The notes beneath the pieces are model-generated. The model did no database searches, was not told where the DNA came from, and saw only the letters and a program-made list of their open reading frames with translations. The position numbers and the translations under genes were made by a program. From Thraustochytrium aureum (taxonomy: Eukaryota), in the NCBI GenBank assembly GCA_012862495.1, contig BLSG01000062.1:42447-104982 (forward strand): DNA of 62,536 nucleotides. The letters run 5' to 3'. Below are positions 11,222-22,252 of this stretch, piece after piece; position 1 is the stretch's first letter, and each line of letters begins with the position of its first letter.

Positions 11222-14200
11222 TCACGAGCAAGCTACGTGTAGTCCACCAGACGCGCGCGGGAAGAACATGGTCACCTCGGCAGGAAGCTCGGCCTCAATT
11301 TTGAGGGCAACCTGAACAGCAGTTGGGCGCGCTGCGCGGCTCCCGTCCCAACACGACTCGATCAACGAAAAGACCCAGTCGGGGAAAGCAGCCGACGGCC
11401 GCGTGAGAGACGGCCGCTTGCCGCTCTCGATCGCCCCAGAGATTGAAGAAACCGGGACGTTCTGGAACGGGCGCTGCCGCTCGACCACCTCGCCGAGCAG
11501 GATGCCGAACGAGAAGATGTCGCTCTTGTAGCTGACGCGCGGAGTCCCAGCGCTCAGTTCGGGGGCTATGTAGGCCGGTGTTCCGCCCTGCCGCTCGATC
11601 AGCGTGCGCGTCAGCGTCTCGCTCTTGGACATGCTCATCCCAAAGTCGCACAGCTTGACCACAGCTACGCCATTTGACAAGAGCACGTTCTGTGGCTTGA
11701 GGTCGCGGTGCACGATACTCTTGCTGTGGAGATAGTCGAGTCCACGAGCGATTCCCGTCCCGACACGACCAAACACGGCGAGATCGATCGGGTCCTCGCT
11801 ATTGTAAAGCATGTCGCTGAGCGAGCGGTCGCAGCGCTCCATGACNNNNNNNNNNNNNNNNNNNNNNNNNNNNNNNNNNNNNNNNNNNNNNNNNNNNNNN
11901 NNNNNNNNNNNNNNNNNNNNNNNNNNNNNNNNNNNNNNNNNNNNNNNNNNNNNNNNNNNNNNNNNNNNNNNNNNNNNNNNNNNNNNNNNNNNNNNNNNNN
12001 NNNNNNNNNNNNNNNNNNNNNNNNNNNNNNNNNNNNNNNNNNNNNNNNNNNNNNNNNNNNNNNNNNNNNNNNNNNNNNNNNNTGCCCGAGAAGACGCACG
12101 ATGTTGACGTGTTTCAAGTGGCGCCACCGCTCGAGCTCCCCCGTGAATTCGAGCACCGCGTTTGCAGAGAGCAAGGCAGCGCCCGCTTCGTCGATCAGCT
12201 TGACTGCAACGTCCGTACCGCGCCAGGTGGCTCGCAATACCACGCCGAAGCCGCCCTGACCAAGTAAACCGCCAAAGTCGAGGTCGTCGAGTTTCACGCT
12301 GGCGCGGTCCTTGGTCACTTGGAGCGTCGAGGAGGCCGCTAGATCGTCGAGGGCACTGCTTAGGGCGGTCGGGCTGGCACTTTCAAAGCGGGCCACCACG
12401 AGCCGCGACTTTTCGATCTTGTCGAGCCGCGCTTTGTGGATGACATCTTGAATAGAGGCTCGCTTTGCCACTGCGCGACTTGGCGAGGCCTGCGCTGCCG
12501 AACCTTCCACGCCTGCCGCATTGCGGCTGCTGGTCTCGGCCAGAATGCGCGCGACCCGGCGAGCGCAGGCTATATCGATCGCGTAGGAATCGAGCGGCGG
12601 GCCTTCGCTCTCCTGTGTCGGGACGGGGCTCGAGGCGGGCTTTGCCCCGCAGTGGTCGAGCGTTGCGTTGACTTTTCTTACCAAAGCGAACATTGCGGCG
12701 TCTTGGCGACGCACTGCCGTTGCAGCATAGATCTCCGCGTTTATCCTCACTGGGTCACTGCAACTTGGGTCTGCGTGGTCTTGAACCGACTTTGCAGCAG
12801 CCCCGGCGACGAGATTCCCTAGTTCGGTCAAGAAGCCGTCCAGCTCGTCCAGCTCTGAGATGTATCTCACATCATGCATGTTTGACGCAAAGGCAACAGT
12901 GCGGTTCGCTGCAGCCAGAATCGCGTTGCCCAAACGCGATTTTCCAAGAGTATCGCCAACCAACTCGGCGAGGGTTTGTGCTGTGTGAATTGTGAGTAGC
13001 ACGGCCTCTTGGGGGCTTTCTACTTTGTGGTGTGCCGCTGACTGTGCTGAGGCCTCGGTGCTGCCGGTCGAATGACTCCAGGACGAGACGCCGCCTCTAT
13101 CAGGAGTTGCGTGGATTCGCGCCGTCGTGGCCCCGAAAAGCTTCGTGGGGTCCTCCTCAACGTTGTTGCGAGTTGCCTCGGGCTCCTGCTTTTCCGCGTC
13201 GACGGTCTCTTTCGCACCTTTGAGGGCTCGGTGGCGGTGGCGGGCGACGAGAAGTAGGACCGCGACTCCAACAAACGCGCCCGCCACGCCGCCAAGGATT
13301 GCGGCAACGTCGGATTCTGGGTTTGCGGTAGGTGCTGCTGTCCACGCACGTGGCTCATCAACAAGACCATACAGGTCGTCCGCGTTCTGTGCGTGTGCGA
13401 TTTCGATGATTCGTTTTGCAAGCGCGCTTTCCGTCGCGGAGGCTGGCGGATGCGAGATTCCGTACTCGACAACGACGCTCCCGCTCTTGACGGTGTGGAT
13501 CACGACTTGGTTTTCCCGCACAATTGCTGCTTGCGCGATGATTGGCGAAAGAAACCGACCGAACGCCGTTGACAGGTGGACCTCTGGGTTAAAGGTCGCC
13601 GCGGGCCAAGTCACGCTAAAGTTGACAGCTGCGGGCGGGCCGGACAGTGGGCTCGTCGTGGGGCTGTTCGTGAAGCTATTGGACGGACTCGGCGTCGTCG
13701 GCGTCGTCGGACTTTTCGAGTGCCTTGCCGTTGTGGGACTCGTCGTCGGCCTCGCTGTTGTTGGGCTTGACGACGGCGTCAGCGTCGGCCTTGTTGTTGT
13801 GGGACTTGACGATGGCGTCAGTGTTGGCCTCGCTGTTGTGGGACTCGTCGACGGCGTCAGCGTCGGTTTCGTCGTCTTCAATGGGAGCAGTTCATACACG
13901 CGGACGTGGCCTGCACTGCTTCCCGCCCCTGCATTTTGTATCGCTCCAATCGCGACGGTGCTGCCGTCCGCCGACAGCGAGACCGAGTAACCTGACTTGT
14001 CCTGAGCCGCCTCGCCGTCAATATCGGGCCCTACTTGCGTCCACTGGCTTGAAGTGAAGCGGTACACCCGCACATGGCCTGCCCCGGATCCAGCCCCGTC
14101 GTTCCCAGGTGCCCCGATCGCGACTGTGGTGCCGTCCGACGACAGCGAGATAGCCATGCCAGACTCGTCCCGGGCCGCTTCGCCGTCAATGTCAGCGCCA

Positions 14201-15235
14201 AGTTGTGTCCAGGCCCCGACGAGAACCGGAAAACGCGGACGTGGCCGGCGCTATCCCCTGCTCCGTCATTTGCGAACGCGCCAATCGCGACTGTGTTGCC
14301 GTCCGACGACAGCGACACTGGCTCTCCAGACTGATCACCAGCCTTCTCGCCGATGATATCAGACCCCATTTGTTTCCAAACATCCGCGCTCAAACGGTAC
14401 ACGCGGACTTGGCCCGCGTTCTTCCCACCTTTGTCGTTGTCTGGCGCGCCGACCGCGACTGTGTTGCCATCCGACGAGAGCGACACCGACTCGCCAAAGA
14501 CGTCGTTTGCAGACTCGCCGTCAATGTCCCCACCCAGTTGCGTCCAGACGCCTGAGTTGAAGCGGTACACGCGGACTTGTCCTGCGTTATTGGCTCCTCC
14601 GTCGTTGAATGGGGCGCCGATTGCGACANNNNNNNNNNNNNNNNNNNNNNNNNNNNNNNNNNNNNNNNNNNNNNNNNNNNNNNNNNNNNNNNNNNNNNNN
14701 NNNNNNNNNNNNNNNNNNNNNNNNNNNNNNNNNNNNNNNNNNNNNNNNNNNNNNNNNNNNNNNNNNNNNNNNNNNNNNNNNNNNNNNNNNNNNNNNNNNN
14801 NNNNNNNNNNNNNNNNNNNNNNNNNNNNNNNNNNNNNNNNAACACCCGGACGCTGCCGGCGTCCTTGCCCCCCCCGTCGTTGTGGGGCGCCCCAACTGCG
14901 ACTGTGCGGCCGTCCGACGAGAGCGACACCCACCTGCCAGACCGGTCGTCCGCACTCTCCCCGTCAAGGTCGGCGCCCAGTTGCGTCCACCCAGCCGAGC
15001 TCGAGTGGAACACACGAACGTGACCAGCTTGGCGTCCCGTGCCGGCGTTCCTTGGCGCGCCGACCGCGACAGTTTTGCCGTCCGCCGCCAGGGCCACCGA
15101 CATACCAGACAGGTCGCCTGCCGCCTCGCCGTCAATGTCTTGCCCGAGTTGCGTCCAGGCGGCTTCCAGGCCTGGTGCGCCTGCAGCAACCAACGCCACG
15201 CAGCCGAGCGAGACCGCAAGCTCGAGCAGCTTCAT
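11222..15235 (-). CDS. Receptor-like TKL kinase: signal peptide, FG-GAP-type beta-propeller, Pro/Thr/Ser stalk, SEA-like segment, TM helix, helical region, kinase (two gaps; apparent frameshift at ~14216)
   Basis: Signal MKLLELAVSLGCVALVAAG. At least 7 repeats of 56 aa (WTQLGxDIDGExxxDxSGxSVSLSSDGxTVAIGAPxNDxxGxxAGHVRVY). Stalk PTLTPSSSPTTAR x3, then SGSVVVEY and TM AAILGGVAGAFVGVAVLLLVA-RHRHR. Kinase motifs GQGGFG, VAVK, HRDLKPQN, DFG, GTPAYIAPE and SDIFSFG. Confidence 0.85.
13700..13870 (-). repeat. Coding 39-bp tandem repeat (PTLTPSSSPTTAR), mucin-like stalk
   Basis: Three near-identical units plus partial copies. Confidence 0.8.
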
Positions 15236-16386
15236 GCTGCCTCCGCTCGAAGCCGACCTGCGAGAGCGCGCGCAGGGCTGGTTGGTCGTAAAATGTGCGC
15301 GTTGGGACTCTGTCGGGCGCGACTTGTCAACTCGTCGCTCTGGCCGCAACAGCCTGCAGGCGACGGGCGCGCGGCTGGTTGGTCGTCCAACGCGTGGGTT
15401 CGGACTCTGTCGCGTGCGACAGACAGACAGACCAGCAACCTCGAGTTGAACTTGGAGTGCGCTCCTCGTCGCCTTGCCAGTGGTGACCTTCCTTCCCTCA
15501 CTGGAGGCCGCGGGAGACTTGACCGCGGTCGACAGTAGGGTCCTGCTCGTGGGGGCGTTCGGCCCTCTCTGCTGCAACAGGCCGAAGCTGTGACTTGGCA
15601 ACTCCTTCACTGTCACGGTGGAGTGACTGACTGCAGGGAGACACTGTCAGTGAGAGTGCGTCCGACAGACCGACGGCCACCACCACCATGCGATCACGCT
15701 CCGCTCGGATCCGGAGTCGCTGCTCTGATCACGCCAGTGATGAGTACGAGTAAGGCAAGTACTCTGGTAACTCTGCGTTGCGGTGTCCCGCGGCTCGTGT
15801 CGCGTTGGGGGGCGGGGCGTGGGGAATGGACTGATCGCCGGTCTCGGGCGCGCCCCGCTCTCGGGGATCTTGTTGAAGGTGGGCCGGAGAATGGCGCAAG
15901 CCTCCCGGCGAATCGAACCGAGTCATCGTCTGCCTCGTGCAGCGCCGATCCCTCACAGACAGGGCTTTCCGCGCAGGCGAAGCTCTGTGCCCCATGGGAC
16001 CACGACATGGGCGGCGGCTCGCTCGCCGCAGTCTGCACGCCGAGCGAGAGCGGCTGGCAAGTGGACGGCTCTAGAGAGAGCTACAGCGGCAGTCGGCGCC
16101 AAAGCGATTGTTCAGGATTGAAATTGGATTCATTTGGACTGGTTTGGGTCGTCTCCAGCGCGCAACGCGACGCAGCGAGTTGCCCCGTTTGGCGCACTGC
16201 CTCCTCGTTCGCCACTTCCGCATTCATCTGTAGCTGGCAAGACGCTGCGCAGCGTGCCACTGGACCCGCTGAGCGCGCTTGGTGACGACACGTTGAAGCC
16301 TTGTGGGTCGGGCAAAACGGCAGGCCCTCTCGCAAGCGTGCAGGCAGTTGTTGAGTTGGTGGCACAACTACGGGCTTGCGCCGGGC

Positions 16387-18003
16387 CTACTCCAGAGCGT
16401 GCGCTGGGTTCACCGTGACGAAAGACGCGTCGTGCTTGCCGGCCCTTCCACGTCCTGCTCGGCGTGCCACGAAGAATGCAGCGCCAACCGTGGCTGCCCC
16501 TGCAGCAGCCCCTGCGAGGACGAGGAAGGCGTCTGGGAGGCCAGAGGCAGGCGCCTGCTGCTGCGTTCCCTCTAGGGCAGCATCATCTTGTGACGCTGGG
16601 GTGAGCGCCAGCGCCGGAAACCCAGCTCCAGCGACGCAGCACGTCACCTCAAACGAGACTGCACCAGCTGCTTCATCATATCGCATCTGAACCACCCGCA
16701 TGAGCGGCCGCAAAGCCGGGCATGCAACCTCTTGGAGAGCCAAGTTCTCGTAGGTCATTTGCCCCCCCGCGTCGGTAAAGGCGGTGCGGTGCGTTGCACA
16801 GTCGAGGCCCATCGGCGCTGGCAGCGCGAGGCACGAGCCTGCAAATGCGATCGACGTGGAAGTGGGGCGCTGCATCGCAAAGGAGCTGAGGAGACTGCGA
16901 GCCGGCTCACAACGGACCTGCTGGCGGGCCAGACTGCTGTACGAACCTGCGCCAAAGCTGGTTTGCGGCGACGCGAACGAGCCAAGCAGGCACCCCACAC
17001 AAAACTCTTGGTCAGGCTGCGGCGTGCAGCACTTGAACCGGAAGCGCACCTTGCCGTCCTCGCTCTGCTCGAGAGCGAACGCCGAGAGGGCGTACTGATC
17101 GGTGCACTGCACCGGGTGCTGCGCGAGGGTCTCGTAGCTTTGGCCCCGGTCGGTCCAGGTGGAGTGATCCAGGTAGCACTGGCCCTGCAACGGGGCGCCA
17201 AGCCGACTCGCGGACGAGGAGCGATAGCCTTGGCTGCGACGGCACCCCATCCGTGCCCGTGCCCTCCACGAAAAGCACGCTGTTGAGACCCTTGCAGTGG
17301 TTGTCAGCCCCGCAAAAGTCCTCGCCTCGAAGCCGCCCTTCGTTCATGGGGCCGACGATGGTGCCCCAACGGCCTGTGAACTGAAACCAGGGCTCGTTTG
17401 ACGCGCCGCTCTGGAGGGTGCCTTCGGACCAGGGGCTGAACCGCTTGAGGTTGCCGCTGTTCTCGTTCCGATAGTCTTCCCAGTACAAGCACTCGCTGTA
17501 GCGGCCGCCACCCGGGTTGTGGTACGAGCCGTGGCTCTTCTTGCCGACGTACACGACCGGGTGCGTCCCAACTGTCGGAAACGATTGCATGGTGTAGTGG
17601 CCGCCGTGCTGTTTGTAGCGGACGTGTTCGACGCGGGACTCGTCTGCACTGAGTTCGACGGCAATGTGCTCCCAGTCGCCCCAGTGCTCGCCGTCAGTCA
17701 CCCCGATGTAGATCGGGATGCCGAGGACCCTGATGAAGCCCTCGATGCAGTTGGGCTGGTACGAGTAGAACGTCCAGTACGAGATCCAGCGCGTCTTGCG
17801 GCCCTCCGTGCAGTCGTGCACATAGTAGTACATGGCCATCTTGGATGGGTCGTACGCGCGCGTCTTGGGGTAGCTGTTCGGCACGACGCGCGCCCCGTCC
17901 ACAGTCGTGCTCGCGGCCCAGTACTCTTCGATGGACATTGGGAACTGCGTTGCGCTCTGGTCGAACCGGAGTTGCGGAGCAAACTTGAGCGCCAACTCGT
18001 CCA
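16387..18003 (-). CDS. Type I membrane protein with a Vps62-like domain and three Cys-rich repeats (5'-partial; apparent frameshift at ~17247)
   Basis: KFAPQLRFD...FPMSIEEY, YWTFYSYQ, GEHWGDWEHIAVEL, QHGG, THPVVYVGKKSHGSY and W.FTGRWG. After the frameshift come three units of T..T..G..YE.LA.x.V.C....L..F...F..CC and the TM segment FLVLAGAAAGAATVGAAFFVARR. Confidence 0.7.
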
Positions 18004-18960
18004 NNNNNNNNNNNNNNNNNNNNNNNNNNNNNNNNNNNNNNNNNNNNNNNNNNNNNNNNNNNNNNNNNNNNNNNNNNNNNNNNNNNNNNNNNNNNNNNNN
18101 NNNNNNNNNNNNNNNNNNNNNNNNNNNNNNNNNNNNNNNNNNNNNNNNNNNNNNNNNNNNNNNNNNNNNNNNNNNNNNNNNNNNNNNNNNNNNNNNNNNN
18201 NNNNNNNNNNNNNNNNNNNNNNNNNNNNNNNNNNNNNNNNNNNNNNNNNNNNNNNNNNNNNNNNNNNNNNNNNNNNNNNNNNNNNNNNNNNNNNNNNNNN
18301 NNNNNNNNNNNNNNNNNNNNNNNNNNNNNNNNNNNNNNNNNNNNNNNNNNNNNNNNNNNNNNNNNNNNNNNNNNNNNNNNNNNNNNNNNNNNNNNNNNNN
18401 NNNNNNNNNNNNNNNNNNNNNNNNNNNNNNNNNNNNNNNNNNNNNNNNNNNNNNNNNNNNNNNNNNNNNNNNNNNNNNNNNNNNNNNNNNNNNNNNNNNN
18501 NNNNNNNNNNNNNNNNNNNNNNNNNNNNNNNNNNNNNNNNNNNNNNNNNNNNNNNNNNNNNNNNNNNNNNNNNNNNNNNNNNNNNNNNNNNNNNNNNNNN
18601 NNNNNNNNNNNNNNNNNNNNNNNNNNNNNNNNNNNNNNNNCGGCCAAGCCCGCCGAGCCTATCACATGACAGAGTAGAGTACGCCCTTTGACGTTCACCG
18701 GTGCGGATCGCCTTTCTGCGCCTTGTCCAAGTTGGCAGGATTGGGTCCCTGCCACAAAATGCCTGTCAAAACGGTACTCTACACGGTGCGTACCTACCTC
18801 ACTCCAAGTAGACCGGAACTCTTGCTAGACGGAACTCTTGCGAGTAGGTACCTCCTTTAGTACTCTACTACCCTGTGAGATCGCCCCCCACGCCCCGACG
18901 CGCCACGCGCCGGATGCGCGAGGCTAGGCAAGCCTAGGCAAGCAACAAGAATGCCCCCGA

Positions 18961-19041
18961 GCATTCACGTTTGTGGGCCACCAAATCGCATTCACGTTTG
19001 TGGGCCACCAAATCGCATTCACGTTTGTGGACCACCAAATC
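18961..19041. repeat. 27-bp minisatellite, 3 copies (GCATTCACGTTTGTGGGCCACCAAATC)
   Basis: Directly visible, with one mismatch in the third copy. Confidence 0.9.
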
Positions 19042-19183
19042 GGGCCGACGGACGACACTCGAGCTGGCCCCCCCCCGTTCTGCGACAAGGGCGAGCTGCG
19101 CCCCCGGGCGAGCAGCGAGACAGAACACATCGGGTTTGTTGGAATAGCTATTGGCAACGGCCTCGCGAGGCGCGGCCGGCAGG

Positions 19184-20709
19184 TTAGTCCCAGTCGTCCT
19201 CGTCATCCGAGGCCTCGCCGAGCTGGCCGCGGCGCTCTTGCATCTTGGAGATGAGGTTTGCCATGAGCTGGTTTTGCGCCTTGGGCTTCATTTGCTTGAG
19301 GTCCGGCAGCGCCTTGGACGGCGTGCGCTTGGGCGCCTTCTTGGCTCGACGCCGCCCTGAATCTTCTTCATGAGCGTGTTTTGCGGCGGGCGCGGCTTGN
19401 NNNNNNNNNNNNNNNNNNNNNNNNNNNNNNNNNNNNNNNNNNNNNNNNNNNNNNNNNNNNNNNNNNNNNNNNNNNNNNNNNNNNNNNNNNNNNNNNNNNN
19501 NNNNNNNNNNNNNNNNNNNNNNNNNNNNNNNNNNNNNNNNNNNNNNNNNNNNNNNNNNNNNNNNNNNNNNNNNNNNNNNNNNNNNNNNNNNNNNNNNNNN
19601 NNNNNNNNNNNNNNNNNNNNNNNNNNNNNNNNNNNNNNNNNNNNNNNNNNNNNNNNNNNNNNNNNNNNNNNNNNNNNNNNNNNNNNNNNNNNNNNNNNNN
19701 NNNNNNNNNNNNNNNNNNNNNNNNNNNNNNNNNNNNNNNNNNNNNNNNNNNNNNNNNNNNNNNNNNNTTCTCCCAGGCCTCGAGGGCGGCCTGCTCGGCT
19801 TCGTAGGCCTCTAGCTCCTCATAGTAGGCGCGCAGTTCGTCCTGGTACTTTTGGTACGCAGCCAGCTCCTCCTCCGTAAACTCGCCCACGGCCTCCCTCG
19901 ATCTCGTCCTCGCCCATGTCCTCGTACTCTTGGTCGTTTTTGTAGATCTCCGCGAGCTCTTGCTGGGCCTCGGCCTGCTGGATGGTCTGCATGATCATGC
20001 CGGCCGTCTCGGGGTTGAGGAGGTCCTTTTTCTTGATGCCGGCCTCCTTGAACATGGCCTTCCAGTGGCTGGGGAGGTTTTGGAGGTCGAAGGTGCCGTC
20101 CGCGTTGACGCCGACGTGCTGGTTGTGCTGGATCATCCTGATCTCGCCGATCTTGATGTCGTCGTCGTCGTCGTCGTTGCCGCGCTTCTTCTTGGACCCT
20201 GCGCCGCCGAAAAAGCCCCCGAAGAAGCCGCCCTTCTTCTCCTTTTGCGGCTTGAGCAGGTTGCCGCCGGTCTGCTTGGTGGAGGGTTTCAGCGCCATCA
20301 CCTTGGTGATGAAGCTGCGCGCCTCGGCGCCGTCGGCGAAGCAGAACCCGGCCACGCAGTCCTCCATCTCGAACGCGTGAAACTGCCCGCTCAGCATCGA
20401 GTACTCCATGTCAAAGTACAGCTCGTACTCGAACCGGACCTTGAACGAGCTCAGGTCGTAGATCTGGAACACAAAGCTGTCCGTCGACCGGTCGATCACG
20501 AATACCAAGGCGCCCTGCACGTTGCTGTTCGTCCACTTTTCCTCCGAGAGGTTTTTGAACGACCGCAGCACCGAGTTGGGGTCGTTCTTCTTCGCTTTCG
20601 GGTCTGGCGACGAGAGGTACAGCCTCGCCACGGCGCTCGCGACCACGGTCTGCCTCGACCCGACGGCCAGCTGCAGCTGCCGCCTCTCATCATCGGTCAC
20701 GAGCGGCAT
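19184..20709 (-). CDS. WASP: WASP-family Arp2/3 nucleation-promoting factor (WH1, CRIB-like, gap, WH2-C-A); apparent frameshifts at ~19896 and ~19344
   Basis: WH1 domain (AVARLY...FEYELY...FHAFEMEDCVAGFCFAD..EA..F), HNQHVG...FDLQNLPSHWKAMFKEAGI, WH2 TLMKKIQGGVE[L]KK, central helix LMANLISKMQERR and acidic end ASDDEDDWD*. Confidence 0.85.
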
Positions 20710-20854
20710 CCTCCCCGCCGCAAGCCCGCCGGCCGCCTCGCGCAGTCAGCGCACCTCGGTGCACCAGAGCGAGCCTCTGCACCCGCGCCTGCGTCAGGGC
20801 CGGCCCTTCCTTGGAGACCTGGAGTTGGCGGGGCGACCGTCCAAGCTCTTCGCC

Positions 20855-20935
20855 GCTGCTGCTGCCGCCGCCGCCGACGCCGACAGTGCTGACGTGCTGC
20901 TGCTGCTGCTGCTGCTCCTGCTGCTGCTGCTGCGG
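20855..20935. repeat. CTG/CAG microsatellite upstream of the WASP start
   Basis: (GCT)n runs directly visible. Confidence 0.8.
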
Positions 20936-22252
20936 CTCGTTGCTCGTGTGCCCTTTGAGCACACTCGGCTGCCACTGACAGACTTCTGCATCGCCGTGCA
21001 ACCAAAAAACACATTTCAACCTCGCGCACATCCCACAAAATACACCAGCGCTGAGCCACAAAATGGCCACCAAAAGCTGAGAAACGCGGAAAATGCACTC
21101 GAAACGTGGTCGGAAACGCCGANNNNNNNNNNNNNNNNNNNNNNNNNNNNNNNNNNNNNNNNNNNNNNNNNNNNNNNNNNNNNNNNNNNNNNNNNNNNNN
21201 NNNNNNNNNNNNNNNNNNNNNNNNNNNNNNNNNNNNNNNNNNNNNNNNNNNNNNNNNNNNNNNNNNNNNNNNNNNNNNNNNNNNNNNNNNNNNNNNNNNN
21301 NNNNNNNNNNNNNNNNNNNNNNNNNNNNNNNNNNNNNNNNNNNNNNNNNNNNNNNNNNNNNNNNNNNNNNNNNNNNNNNNNNNNNNNNNNNNNNNNNNNN
21401 NNNNNNNNNNNNNNNNNNNNNNNNNNNNNNNNNNNNNNNNNNNNNNNNNNNNNNNNNNNNNNNNNNNNNNNNNNNNNNNNNNNNNNNNNNNNNNNNNNNN
21501 NNNNNNNNNNNNNNNNNNNNNNNNNNNNNNNNNNNNNNNNNNNNNNNNNNNNNNNNNNNNNNNNNNNNNNNNNNNNNNNNNNNNNNNNNNNNNNNNNNNN
21601 NNNNNNNNNNNNNNNNNNNNNNNNNNNCAGGCAGTCAAGGAGACCGACAACCCCCTCTCGGCCCTGTTCGCTCGCTGGCGCTGGCGCTGGCGGCCAGGTA
21701 AGTACTCCTGCGCTGGTCGTCGCGATGATACGATACTCCGAGAGGCTCGCCCACTGCAAGCTCGACCGACTCGACCACCATGGTGATCGTGATGGATGGC
21801 ACTCTGCGTGCGTGCTGCTCCGCGTGCCGAGGGCGCCGGCGCCCCTACTCGGCCTCCCGTCGTGCTCGCCGTCGACCGAGTCGCGTGCAGGGCCTGCCTG
21901 GACGCTGCTCGATCAGGCGGCCGCCGCACTCGGCGGCGTGAGCAGGACATCGGCGGTGCGGTCGCGCACGTCTGCATGGTGCTGCTCGTGACGGGCGCGA
22001 CTCGGCCGTCGTGGTCGCCGTCGCGTTCGTTCGTTCGGGGCATGTGCACAGTGCTCGGCGTTGTTCGTGTCGAGGTCGACTTCGTTGGTGCCGCGCTCGG
22101 TGATCATGGAACAGCTCCTGGCGGGCCGTCGGGCCGAGAGCGTCGAAGAAGCGTCCGAGCAGAGCCCGATCGAGCACGCTTCGCTTCGCGGCCGAGCTGC
22201 TGCCTGCACGCGGAAAGCCGGTCTGTTGGGCGGGCAGGTAAGGGCGAGGACG

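Noticed and set aside
15590..16290. ORFs between the receptor kinase and the Vps62-like gene
   Set aside because: Both strands are open, the sequence is low complexity, and there is no domain or codon-bias support.
18961..19041. Weakly palindromic 27-bp repeats as a CRISPR or regulatory array
   Set aside because: The copies are contiguous with no spacers, so this is an ordinary minisatellite.
21628..22110. Exon ending at a strong CAG|GTAAGT donor (~21698), or a small minus-strand gene
   Set aside because: I could not establish a convincing acceptor, frame or protein motif next to the gap.
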